Assembly (NCBI GenBank): GCA_050084515.1
Contig: CM114271.1
Location: 31,744,001-31,808,000, forward strand
Source of the DNA: Blasia pusilla
Lineage: Eukaryota
Reading direction: 5' to 3'
DNA length: 64,000 nucleotides
Shown: piece by piece, positions 1 through 11,489 of the stretch
How the letters are laid out: each line of letters opens with the position of its first letter
Numbering within the stretch: position 1 is the first letter of the stretch
The notes under the pieces: model-generated
The model's input: the letters and a program-made list of their open reading frames with translations, nothing else
What the model was told of the DNA's origin: nothing
The model's database searches: none
Program-made: the position numbers and the translations under genes

Positions 1-276
1 TGAGTGATTGGCCTAGACAGAGCTTCCGTCCTATTGGTTGGAATAGACTGGATGAAGGTCCAAATGAGGGTGTTTGGGTTGGCAGCATCACACATTCTTA
101 CTGGTATAGATTTTTTTGAGGACAGGTAATTTTTCTAACACAGTTTTACCTGTCTCTGACAGAAACCCTCACACTGTATCAGGATATTTGCCACTACTTT
201 AGGAAGTGCCTATCGTTCCGGAGCTTACAATGAGACAGACAACATAAGGCCTAGGAGCGGGAAGGGAGAAGGAAGA

Positions 277-1035
277 TGTTGTAAACACAAAGTACTTTGG
301 AGTTTACTATAGTGAAAAGTAACTTATAGAATTACTATAGTAACTTACTATTTACTACAGTAAATAATAATTTTTTGTTACCATAGATTTACCTCAGTAA
401 TTCTGTGAATTACTGAGGGCCGCAGGCCCTAACCCTAAAACATAGAACTTCATCCTTATGGCTATATATAACCCCTTGAGGGTGCCCTGCGAAATTACAT
501 TCTCACACCTTTTGTATACAACTCTCTCAGCTTGAGGAGCTGATTGAGCAGCACTGAGTGGAATGTTCTTCTGACCTCACTAGTGCAGTGTGCTTCTGCA
601 TACAGACTGAGAGGTCTGCTGACCTGGGGGGTTCAGTGAGTCTTGTGATGCAAGGTGTCTAGTAGTACTAACCTGAGTGGTTGCTATTGAGATGTCTCTC
701 TACTGCTGCTAACCTGAGTGGCTGCTATTGAGATGTCTGTCTACTGCTGCTAACCTGAGTGGTTGCTACTGAGATGTCTGTCTACTGCTGCTAGCCGGAG
801 TGGTTGCTATTGAGATGTCTGTCTACTGCTGCTAACCGAGTGGTTGCTATTGAGATGTCAGTTTACTGCTGCTAACCTGAGTGGTTGCTATTGCACTAAG
901 TGTGCTTATGAATGCTAGGTAGTCTGGTGGTACAGGATGCCTAGTGCTTTCCTCTACAAACTAACCTGAGTGGTTGCTATTGCACTAAGTTTGCTTGTAA
1001 GAGCTAGGTTATAGAGAAACTCTGATATTCTAAAA
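277..1035 (+). repeat. Copia 5' LTR containing a 41-bp tandem array (668-~900) and a 12-bp hairpin (392-418)
   Basis: Ends directly before the PBS. Unit CTAACCTGAGTGGTTGCTATTGAGATGTCTGTCTACTGCTG occurs about 5 times plus partial copies (also at 961). Hairpin is CCTCAGTAATTC-tgt-GAATTACTGAGG. Confidence 0.7.
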
Positions 1036-1048
1036 GGTTATGGGCCCA
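1036..1048 (+). promoter_or_regulatory. Primer-binding site complementary to the internal (half-molecule) region of initiator tRNA-Met
   Basis: GGTTATGGGCCCA lies between the LTR end and the gag ATG; same PBS type as Drosophila copia, Ty5 and Osser. Confidence 0.8.
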
Positions 1049-1588
1049 CAGGGCATGTCATCAGGCAATGTCTCAGGATATCCTGGTGTTAATCAGACCA
1101 TAGCACATTTTGATGGTACTAACTATAGACACTGGTCTTTCCAAATGAAGCTTCTCCTTCAGCAGAAGAGACGAAAGATTTGACAACAAGAATAGTGATG
1201 CATACTCCACCATTTGTCTTCATACAGAATGGTTTATAGCTGCAACTCTTAGGAAAGAGAGTCTAGATTGGAAGGTTAGGCAATTCTTGCAAAACCAGTA
1301 TGAGAAAGTTATTGTATGTGAAGGGTTACAACTCTAACGAACTTTCAGAACAATGGAGTTTGAGGAAGGTCAGAGCATGCTAGTTCATGTTGTGCAGGTT
1401 CGAGCTATGCAGTTGAAGGTGGAAGCTGCCCTGCAACTCGACTTTGAAGGCAAGAACTCCATCTTGCATTTCTTAGGCACATTACCTCCTAGGTTCAATA
1501 CAATCATCAAAATCCTTCACAACAAGGATGCAGAGCTATCTTGGGAGTATGTGACAACACAAGTCATTAAAGAGGATGAAGAATTGAA

Positions 1589-1754
1589 TGAATGAATGAA
1601 TGAATGAATAGATTTTTTGTCCACGGGGACCCCACAGGGCCATGGGACTTCGTTTTGACACTTAACAACAAATTTGGAGAGAGAGCAAGCACCAGCGAGG
1701 GCCTAAGGGGTCCTCAGAGCCAGGTGAGTGTCCCTGGTCTTCACACAACTATGC
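1589..1754 (-). mobile_element. 5'-truncated RTEX-like LINE 3' end with an (ATTC)n tail, inserted in Copia gag
   Basis: Reverse complement matches 32661-32812 with 2 mismatches. 10-bp TSD AAGAATTGAA at 1579-1588 and 1755-1764. Removing it restores gag (…KEDEELKKDEEAHSALL…). Confidence 0.93.
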
Positions 1755-3313
1755 AAGAATTGAAGAAAGATGAAGAGGCACATTCAGCTCTGTTATCCCG
1801 ATTCAAGTTCAAACCTGCAAAGTGGACTTCTAATGAGAGGAGAGACACAAGAACAGATACACAAATCTGTTACACATGCAGGGAAAAGGGACATGTATCT
1901 TCTCAGTGCCCCAAGAACAAGAACTCCAAAATGAAGAAGAAATTCATCAAGAGATCCCACAAGGAGGGTGCAATGATTGCTGAGCATGTTGCAGATGCAA
2001 ATTCCTAAGAATGGGGATTAATCACCAACAAGGAGGCCAATATCAAAATTAAAGGTTGGTTTCTCAATTCTGGAACTACTGCTCACATTTGCTACGACAA
2101 AGAACCATTTTGTGAGTTTCATCCTGTGACAAGTCCACAGTATGTCAGATGTGGACCTGGGTATCAGCGAATACCTTCATTGAAGACAACAGATTTGCTA
2201 AAGAAAACATGCTTTGTGAAGGTAGTAAGAAGTTTCTAGCATCTACAATCAATCTTCTGAATAATGACAAGGTATTCTTTGCATGTAGGATGCAACTTTT
2301 TTCTTCCCTCGTCTGGAATGAGAGTAAATGCTTGGCAGCCAAATACTCGAAGATGTGTGGGATTAGGCTTGCAATCACTCCAGGCTTCAGATGGTGGTGT
2401 TGAAACATTGAAAGAATGCCAAGAAGAATTCTAAGAAAGTGAAATTTGGCACCAAGAATCAAGAATCCAGAAATTGGAAAGATCTGGAGTGGCAAGTGTA
2501 GAAGATAATTTGTTGAATCATGAACAAGTAAACTTATTCACCTTGTTGCAAATCTTCTGAGATGACACATGTTAGTGACTGGTGCAACTAGACTGCTGCC
2601 TCAAGATGATGGAGACTGCTGTTGGTTATTACAAAGTCATGAACTCTCACGACATATTTCCTGCAGGGACATTTGCTTGAGAGGTGACTTTCTTCAGAAC
2701 AAATACAAATGTAGCATAATAGTTCTTTTGTATTACTCTGAGGAGTGTTTCAAGGTGGCTGGATAGATGAAGAACATGAAGAGCACATATATATGGAGAA
2801 TTGGAAATAAGAATACTCAGTTTTGAGACATTCCTCTCATTCAGGGTCGTTCACTACTGTAGTTTGAAGGTCCTCAAAAGAGAGTCTATCTTTGCTCATT
2901 AACATGTGGATGATGAACTTAAACGCATTAGGTAGCTTGCTCAGCAGTTCCAAAAGCAGAATTGGGTGAAGAAGTTAACAAAGAAGTAACCATGACTGGA
3001 TCACCACGGTATCCCAAAGTTTCCCACAACCGATAAGATCCTGAGCATGATCTTCCAGTCTTGCCAGCTTGAGCCATCAAACAGATTAATGTGCAAATCG
3101 TTACTTCCCATTCTAGCCTCTGCAGAACCTGTTGGAAGTAAGAGGGATAAGTTCAGTGGTCTCAGAGCCGCTTTTGAACTTTATGAAACTTCATAGCTCA
3201 ACTCAGTTGAGACCCAGACTTTATCTAGTCTAAATGTTGGCTAGAGATAACATAGCCTACTGTACTGCACTGTCATTTGACAAAGTGGGGAATCAACCTA
3301 CCAGCTTGCCGCA

Positions 3314-3376
3314 AAGGATCAGAGTGCTAATTGCCTACTTGCTTAAGGCAAGTAGGCAATTAGCACTCTGATCCTT
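3314..3376. repeat. Perfect 29-bp inverted repeat with a 5-nt loop
   Basis: AAGGATCAGAGTGCTAATTGCCTACTTGC-ttaag-GCAAGTAGGCAATTAGCACTCTGATCCTT. Confidence 0.95.
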
Positions 3377-4389
3377 CTGACATGTGTCAAGAGTGACAGT
3401 AGCAGTCACTCCATTATGACATGTCAAAGGGTGTCAGTACCGTGGTACCTCAGGGGGTGAGCCCAATAACACCCTAATGAGACACTAAGAGTACCAACAA
3501 CAGATCTTTCCTTCAACAGAAATTAGTAAGACTGGAACCTATATTATATTTTATCTAACACAGAGGAAGGAAGACTTGAAGAAAGTACAATATGAGAGAA
3601 GGGAGACTCCTTAATATACGATGAGTGCTTTTTCATAAAGAGAGTTGGTGCAGGGCTTCCAGCTATCAGCCAAGAAACTCTTTACAGCCATAAACACCTA
3701 ACCTAATTGACGCAGTACTGGGCAGTTTATCTAAATTCCTGAACATGACAGCTAGCTCTGGTAATACCAGCGATTTCAGTACAGATTGCCAATCTTTATG
3801 TTGTCAACTATGCACATCACTCAATAGTGAGTAGAGACTTCTGTCTTCTTATAGATCATACGCTTAGAGTAACAACAGTTATCCATTTTCCATCACGCAT
3901 ATAGATGGTAGTAGACATTATAGCTATGATATCAGTTTTGATTTTGTAACAAGGTATCCCATATCAGTTTTACCACCAGTGGAGATAACTCAATGCCCTC
4001 ACATTTACAGTCAAGTTCAGTACAATTCTTAGATGATGAGTAACAAAAGAAAGGTATTGGGTATGTACACAATATCTATTAGGTGAGTTTAATTTCTACT
4101 TGTACATGCCACTCCAGTTGGCAGCTCAACAAAATATTGACACTTGCAACTAGAATCAATTGCTTCATTAACACATTCAACATGAAGGTTAAGGGAAATA
4201 TGAGATACAGACCAATGTTGGGAAAAACACAAGACAGGCCCTATTTTAGAAATCTTGGTAGAATTGGTGACTTTAGGTGCTAAAGTAAGAGCTGACCAAT
4301 CTTAATATTTCTTTTGAATGGCTGCATCATAGGAGTCTTCACTCATACTGATACATAAAACACATCTGTACAGGTGGAAGGAGGCATAC

Positions 4390-4557
4390 AGGATTGGTGA
4401 TGTCATAGACGATTATAGCAGCGGCTGCCCCACGATAATACATTGGAGCCAAACTGTGATACCTCTCTTGACCCGCAGTGTCCCAAATCTCAAACTTGAT
4501 GGTGGTGTCATTGACTGCTAAAGTCTGGGTAAGAAAAGCTGCTCCAATTGTTGACTC
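4390..4557 (-). CDS. RABF2: RabF2 exon 3
   Basis: 56 codons ESTIGAAF…YDITNP between a CAG acceptor and a GTATG donor. Confidence 0.95.
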
Positions 4558-7500
4558 CTGCATGGATCATATGTGATATAAATACCAATTCCAGCTAAAC
4601 AAGTCCCTTGATGGTTATATTTCTTGCCTCTTTTACATCAAATCAAGACAGTGTCAGCTATATTCTTATTGTTACAGATGTAAAAAAAACTACTGTGAAT
4701 ACAATGTTGAGGCAATAACTTGAATCAACACAAATGAGAATTGGGCTGAGACTTAAGGAAAAGATGCCTGACCTGATAGTCAAAGAATTGACCTTTGGTG
4801 AAGCGCAAGACGAGACTGGATTTGCCAGCACCCATATCACCCAGAAGCACCTGGAAACAACAGACGTAATTTACAAGATTCAGATCTATATGTTTCACAA
4901 AACGATTCTGAAAGTATACCAAAATCAGGATTCTGATTGGTTCTACACTTAGATCTCTTGGAATCATGCACCTTCATAAGGAGGATAGAAGGTTGCCCTT
5001 GTATCCAATGAGATCACAAGCTCAGAGATCACACAAAATGGGACATAACATGAGCTACGAGAACAGAGCCACAGAGGAAATCTTCAAACAAGTTTCCCTT
5101 CAGCAGAAAATTATCACCAATGTAACCTCCTACCAAAAGGGAGATCCACGTCTTAACAAAACCTATTCATAGAATGACAGTACTCCCAGAGTAATTCATT
5201 CTCATCAGTAGTCCCATACCATCATTGTAATACTGAGGAATCCCACTAATACAATAAACAAATGCAAGTTGTTTCCTTGCAGGCAAGAGCACACTAAGCC
5301 ATCATTAAGCTTACCAGGTTGTCTTACTCAAACCTACCAGAAATGAGGAGAATCATAATAGCATCCCAGCAGCTTTGATGGCTTGGAAATTAAAATGAGT
5401 GATCAGACCCTCCTCAGAGGTTGGAATGGTGTAACTTAGAAGAGAACTCCCCAGCACGTTTAAAATTTGATTTGAAAGTGGATGAAAATTTCAGAATGAA
5501 AGAAATGGTGACTTCCGAGGATGTAGCAGTTAATCAGACAACAATTCCCACACATGGATTCAATCTGCTGCTCCCAACCTCTCTCCAAACTTGACTAGTT
5601 AATACGAGTATGAGCTCTGATGGCTTAGAAATTTGAATGATTGACCAGATCAGCCTCTCAGCAAACGGTGTAACTTGGAAGAAAACTCAGGAGCAAGTTT
5701 AAAGCTTCCCTTGGGAGTGGATGGAAATTTCAGAAGGAAAGAAAGAGTAACTTACATGGACGTAGCAGAAAATAAAAGCTAGCAGTCCCCATCCAAGAAG
5801 TCCAACCTGAACTTGCCTTAACCGATAAGAGTACAATTAATTCCTTCCAACCCCTCTCAACTGAAGTACAACTCAGCACACTATGGGAAATCAATCCAGA
5901 ATTGGAAAAGCCACATCTCTGTGCAAGTTCTTAAAGTCTGGACAGCCTACACCCTCGAGCTCTCCAATTTTGACAATGTCTTACTCCCTGATCACTGCTC
6001 ACATGGTGATAGCGATACACCTAACCTCTTTACAATAGATTTAGGTGTTCAGAGACTAAACAATAACCCAGACATCAATCTCCAATGTCCAGCATTAGCA
6101 ACCAGACACTACAATTCGAGAATTTCCACCCAACTGGCAGGTGAATAAATCTAGTATTTCTTCAGATGAGGAGAACTAATTGAGGCCTCCAACTACAGAA
6201 CTATCATGGTTGGTTCACTTAGGTCAAAACCAAATGACCTGGTCCTGGACAGGAAGCCAAGTGATTGGGCTGATGGGATGAAGTCTTGGCTTGAGGTCAA
6301 GCTGGCTTCAAAAGAACGCAGAGCACCCAAAAATATTTCCTTAAGTCTGTATAAATGTTTGAATAAACATCCAAGATCAGACCAATTCAAAAAGGATGTT
6401 TCAGTGTTCCAGACACTTCAAGAAGGCATTTGACACAGTGAGCCTAGAGACCTCTTTTGGAGACAGGTTGAAGACTTTGTTCCCAAGCACTTCCTTGACT
6501 ATGGGCAAGGAAGTCGGCCGGTAAAAATTAAGGATTACCTAAAAAACTCAATATCTCAGGAATAAAAAAACCACTTGAGAAAAGCTAGTTTCTTTGTCAA
6601 CTTTTGTTAAAACTAGCAAAGGATTAGGAAAATTAATTCAGGAAAAAACCCAGTTGGATTGGAGAATCTATGCGCCCACTGTTTCTTGATTTCATGAAAA
6701 TGCTAGATGCCCAACTGCTAGCACTGATCACTGCAAGGAGGCAAAATCAGACAGTGCTCGATAAGGTGAGGATGAAACAATGTGTTCTACTATCTCTTAG
6801 GCTGTTGGAATGTTGTAACGATGAACTGGAAGATATTCTCTGTGAGGTCAATGGAGAAGAACCAGAATTTGTCCCAAAGGTGATAACATTGCTTTTACAC
6901 GAAGATGACATTCTTTCAATATTGAAAGCAGCACTTGGACTGCAACTCTCCCCACACAAACTATGGGAGTGGTGCACCTCATCTGGAATTGAAATCAATC
7001 TGCAAGAAACAAAGGGTAGTCATCTTGCCTCTCAACTCAAGATACCAAAGCAGATGGACACATTTACAAGTGGTAAGGAGCAAGCCCAGCAGTTACAGGG
7101 ACTTTGGCGTAGGACACTGATTTAGGTGTGAAATTGGACAACCATTCACCATACAATGTAATTGTAAGTAAGCTATTTCATGATTAGGTCAATTGGACTA
7201 TTGGAATCACACTGCAGAAGAGTACAATTGCAGCATATATCATACGATATACAAGTCTTACATGCCAAATTTTAGAGGTAAACAGATCAGTTCCACTTCA
7301 ACATTCTTCTCTCAACCCTGGTTTGACAATGACTGCAAAATGGTCCGCAGGGAAGTGAATCAACTATTGTGGGTAGATCCACAATCACCACACACTCGAT
7401 TGTTGCGGGACACTTACAACCGGCTGGTTTGCAGGAAGAAATGCAAATATATTGCCAACAATATCCTTGAGTTGGCAGAGCAAATGAGATACCAATCTGC

Positions 7501-10500
7501 CCAATTCCTGGAGAGGAATGTTGTTTAGTCTATTCAAAAAATAGACAAAACAACATTCCTCTCCAGGATCTACAGATCTGGACCACATATGGTAACCAAC
7601 TTTACCAGTTGCTACCACCGACTCTTGGCCAGGACCCAAGATTTCCCAGACCCCTTCACAATCAAAGACATCACATCAGGCCTCAGAAGGCTCCATAACA
7701 AACCAGAAGATGACCCAGGGTGCCAGGCTCAAATGTTCAAATTTGCAAGCAAGGCTATTGCTTCAACCCTCACCAGAATGTTCAATAGTGCAGTTCGACA
7801 GGGATTCCCATCCAAATGGCAAATGAATACAATCCACCCACTCTTCAAGGCTGGGACCCTATGATACCCTCCAACTACAGAACTATCATGTTGGGTTCTC
7901 TCATGGCCAAACCATATGGGCCACTGCTGGAAAGGAAGCTAAGTGACTGGGCTGATGACATGAAGCTGCCAGCCAGAGGACAAGGAGGTTTTAGGACATC
8001 ACATAGCACCCTGGACCACCTTCTCACTTCAGGTACTGACCGGAGAAACTTCCAAGTCCAGAATTGCTCACAAGCCGGAAAGATTGTTCTGCTGTTTTCT
8101 TGATCTCAAGAAGGCATTCAACACAGCACGCAGGGCACTTCTTTGGAAACGACTTGAAGAGCTGGGGGTTCCACTACAGCAGCTTATAGAAATCAAAGTT
8201 TGGTATGCTAAGGTGTTCACAAAGATCACCACCACTAAGAAGGGCAGATCTGCAACTTTCTCCTCAAACACCCGAGTCAAACAAGGATGCCTAGTCCACT
8301 ATCCATGGGCCATTCCCTGCTTGATGTTAAATGCCCCACTCTGCTAGTCATTCACCAGAGCTCTACACCTCATATTCTGATACATTTTCTCCACCACCCT
8401 CCACATTTTTCCTCCAAGTCTCACCTTCCACAAGCTATAAGACAGGCCACAATGCCATACAGTGTCGTATGCCTTCTTGGGGTCCAAGCAGAAGCAGTAG
8501 GTCAGCACCCCCTCTTTTTACCAACCCTGGATAATCTGACTGAAGGCGAAGATGTGATGCGCGCATCCTCTGGCCTTTCGGAAACCAGCCTGGCCTTCCT
8601 TGATGACAGTATTCACCTCCAGGTACATGCAGATCCTATTGTTGAGTGAATGGCATAGGAGCTTTCCGACAACACTCAGAAAAATAATCCCGCCATAATT
8701 GCCAGGGTCTTCACGTTCACCCTTCTTGAAGAGGTTCAATATGACTTCCACACGCCACCTTTGTCGGATGACTTCTCCCTGCCAAACCAGTTTGAAGAGA
8801 CTCACTAAAGAATGAACCATAGCAGCATCACCTCACTTCAGTAGCTCATTCACAAGCTCAACAACCACCAGCTTTGTGGGTTACAAGCTCTTTGATCACT
8901 GGTCTGACCTCAGCCAATCATTGCCTGATTTGCCCAGCTCAACCTTATTATCCCTCTTGTCCTGTTGGATTTTAACAAAATCCTCCTCCAATTTCTCAAA
9001 GTTCTGCTCTTCAGGAGATCAACGATGCAACTTCCTCCCTAGCTCCTTGTAAGGGTTGTCCAACACATGTTGGATCTGCTTCACAGATGTCACAATACCA
9101 CTTTCTTTTCCCTTCAGGGTCTCTATGTCATTTTTGTCCCTGGCCTTGCTCAGTTTCTGTACTTCAGTACAGAACTTTTTTTCATTCTCAGCGAAGTTTT
9201 CATAGATGGATTGATCCTGCTGACCGCAAAATTCTCTGTTCTCCATTTCTAGATTACTGTCTTCACTGGTGTGGACGAGCATTTGTGTTGGTTGCAACTC
9301 TGTCCAGACCAGTGAGTGATACGATCTTCCAATGTCAGTGGCATCCTCCGTGATTTTTCCTCCATGTGTGTTGAATTTCTCAGCCACAGCTATGTAGTCT
9401 ACACAATTGAGCTCTCATTCTCCTGGAAGTTGACCCTGGTCAAAGCAGGGGAGCCCAGGAATACCAGAGAAGATAGAGACATAGACTCCATAACCAATCA
9501 TTGTAACTTAAAGCACTGTAACTGGGAAGGTGAACAGGAATATGGACTTCCTGGACTGCAGGTCCAGCCTTAAGAGGTAAAGTTCATACAAATTTGTGGT
9601 TCCTTCAATAGCTAGGTTCAAACATAGCTTTCTATTGACTTGCTTTGCTCAAGTCCATCACTTAAAAGAGTTTTCGTTCAGGCAGAAAACATCGAAAGAT
9701 TTTGCTAGACTCAGACTCTACTAATGGTGATGTGTTTGTCATTACCTCCCACGAGTGGACCCTCATCCTAGATGAACAGAACTCATCACTGGGATGGGCG
9801 CACGAGGAAGGGGTGAAGAAAGCCATGCTAAGAGAAAGAGGGGCAATCATATAGAATGCAACTGCTGCCAGTGCAAGGGCAACACACCAACTTCATTTGT
9901 AAAATTCTAAATTGTTGCGAAATGACTTAAGTTAGGCTAGTGTTAAAATTCTGTAACCCGAGTCCAACCCTGCAGTAGCCTACACTGTTAGTTGCGCTTT
10001 CCTTCCATAATCTGGTAGGATCTCTCAACAATCCCAGAAACAAGCATGGCGCCCTCTTGAATAGAAGCCTATGCCAAGAACCTGTAACCCCACCACTTCC
10101 ACCTACACAAGCAAACTTGCTTAACTTGCCCATCCGATATTCTGAATCCACAAACGGGTCTCGTTTTATACGTGGATGTACGATTTCCACCCAGCTCGAT
10201 CCATCTACTGATTAATGGCACAACCCGCCGGATTCAACCTAGGTCGATGAAATAACACCCACCACCTCCACCTATACAAGCAAACCTGCTTAACTCGCCC
10301 ATCCGATATCCAGAAACCACTCGAGGGTCTTCGTTTCATACGTTTTCTATGACTAATTTGACGTATGTCAGACAGAAGATTGCTAGAGATCCATCCATCA
10401 TACCAACAAGGACACTCAACAACTGAATGTGTCTATCAGGATTTCCACCCAGCTCGATCCGTCTACTGATTAATGGAACAGGCAGCTGGATTCAACCTAT

Positions 10501-10961
10501 GTTGATGAAACGACACCCACATAAGTTTGATCCCAGGAACAAGAAGGATATATTAAATGCCAACCCTAGATTGTAGAATCAAAGCTCTTGGAGACTGCAT
10601 GGCAAGCCAATTTCAACCACATAACCAAAACAACTTCTCAACCAGGAAAGACAAGTGGATCGTAATACAATCAAACGATACAATTCCAGAAATCAAATCC
10701 AATGAGGCGCACATGGAATCCACCTACACCTTCGCAGCATCTCCGTCCTCACAGAAAACACACAGAAGACCAGGTACCAGGCGAGAATTAAAACCCGTTC
10801 GTTGCTCACATCGAGCCGGCAACCGACCATCAACATTCTGGAACCAATTCCCCTGCAAGGATCAATCGGAGGGACAAATTGACCTAACAACTTTGGAATT
10901 AAGGACAACAAGAGAAACCTACAAGTTTCGCTTGCCTCTGATTCGTCCCAACGGTGGCCAT
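4390..10961 (-). CDS. RABF2: Rab5-family small GTPase (plant RabF2 type), exons 1-3: 10961-10923, 4850-4773, 4557-4390; remaining exons not found in the window
   Basis: Spliced product is [95 protein letters not shown]. All junctions are GT-AG phase 0. Has the P-loop, the Rab5 IGAAF effector motif and [12 protein letters not shown]; no RabF1-type myristoylated N-terminus. Confidence 0.93.
4773..4850 (-). CDS. RABF2: RabF2 exon 2 (P-loop)
   Basis: 26 codons [26 protein letters not shown] between a CAG acceptor and a GTCAG donor. Confidence 0.95.
5370..5770. repeat. Diverged ~240-bp tandem duplication in Rab intron 1
   Basis: GCT(T/C)TGATGGCTT…GGTGTAACTT…GTGGATG…ATTTCAGAA…GTAGCAG occurs from ~5371 and again from ~5614. 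Confidence 0.7.
6125..7170 (+). mobile_element. Old RTEX-like LINE reverse-transcriptase fragment
   Basis: [10 protein letters not shown] and degenerate 'VRMKQC…DELEDIL…LLLHEDDI…GLQ…[10 protein letters not shown]' (YADD region); collinear with 30880-31700. Confidence 0.75.
7190..8300 (+). mobile_element. RTEX-like LINE ORF2 fragment (same family as 27353-32812)
   Basis: [23 protein letters not shown]…[15 protein letters not shown] and VKQGC, broken by frameshifts; collinear with 30250-31360. Confidence 0.88.
8510..9580 (-). mobile_element. Fragment of a different LINE (RTE-like; endonuclease end plus RT N-terminus)
   Basis: [25 protein letters not shown]…[17 protein letters not shown], with upstream [10 protein letters not shown] (degenerate SDH motif). 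Confidence 0.8.
10090..10521. repeat. Local ~170-bp duplication (A-B-A'-insert-B') in Rab intron 1
   Basis: CCACCTA(C/T)ACAAGCAAAC…CCCATCCGATAT occurs twice, as does GATTTCCACCCAGCTCGATCC…GGATTCAACCTA. Confidence 0.8.
10923..10961 (-). CDS. RABF2: RabF2 exon 1 (coding part)
   Basis: ATG GCC…AAA CTT|GTAGG gives [13 protein letters not shown], matching the 13-aa first exon of plant RabF2 genes. A GC-richer putative 5' UTR lies upstream. Confidence 0.88.
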
Positions 10962-11335
10962 CCTTCCTCAAACTTCACTCCTTTCTATACTCGAAGCTTC
11001 CTTGAGTCCTCGCCTGGTTTCTTATCTTTCGGTCCTCCTGAACGAATAACTACTCGCCTTCTCTCGCTCCTCCGCGACTCCACCAAGGCTGTCGGAGGCC
11101 TTCTGACCAAGCACACCTTGAATTCTCCACCAGTTGCTTTCTCGACCGTATCTCGAACAACTGGCGCTCATAGGAAGGGCGGCCCGAGTTTCAGCAACAG
11201 CCTCGCAGCTATTGTCCCCTCTTTCTCGAGATGCAAATTGTACCTGCTTGTTCTCTATCCATCACCGTCCAACGAGTACGCTGGGTCTAAGGTCGCACGG
11301 CTACGACAGGCATACACCTATTTCAAGAGTTGTTT

Positions 11336-11447
11336 TGACAGGGCCTGTTAGAATGACCCACCTGGTCATTCTAACAGGCCCTGTCATTACTAGTCGGCGA
11401 GAGTCTTCGGATCCTCGGTAACTTACGCTTTAGCAAGTTACCGAGGA
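11336..11447. repeat. Two adjacent perfect hairpins upstream of RabF2 (23-bp stem 11336-11386; 13-bp stem 11412-11447)
   Basis: TGACAGGGCCTGTTAGAATGACC-cacct-GGTCATTCTAACAGGCCCTGTCA and TCCTCGGTAACTT-N10-AAGTTACCGAGGA. Confidence 0.93.
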
Positions 11448-11489
11448 AGTACCCGTGAAAATAAAGAAGTGTTTGAATATATATGTCCA

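Larger units (their letters stand above)
277..2800 (+). mobile_element. 5' part of a degenerate Ty1/Copia LTR retrotransposon (5' LTR, PBS, gag, start of protease) inside Rab intron 3
   Basis: TGTTG start at 277, TATA box at ~462 and PBS GGTTATGGGCCCA at 1036-1048. ATG 1055 gives MSSG...FDGTNYRHWSFQMKLLL (Copia gag N-terminus). Zinc knuckle CYTCREKGHVSSQC and protease-like WFLNSGTTAHIC at ~2057. No 3' LTR seen; the right boundary is approximate. Confidence 0.85.

Noticed and set aside
668-1000. 41-bp repeat array as a CRISPR
   Set aside because: Head-to-tail repeats without unique spacers, inside a eukaryotic LTR, with no cas genes.
1-4389. RabF2 exon 4 (SF.RAKKWV.ELQ)
   Set aside because: No matching minus-strand sequence found by eye; it probably lies outside the window.
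10557-11351. 264-aa plus-strand ORF
   Set aside because: Antisense to RabF2 exon 1 and its 5' UTR, with no recognisable domain.
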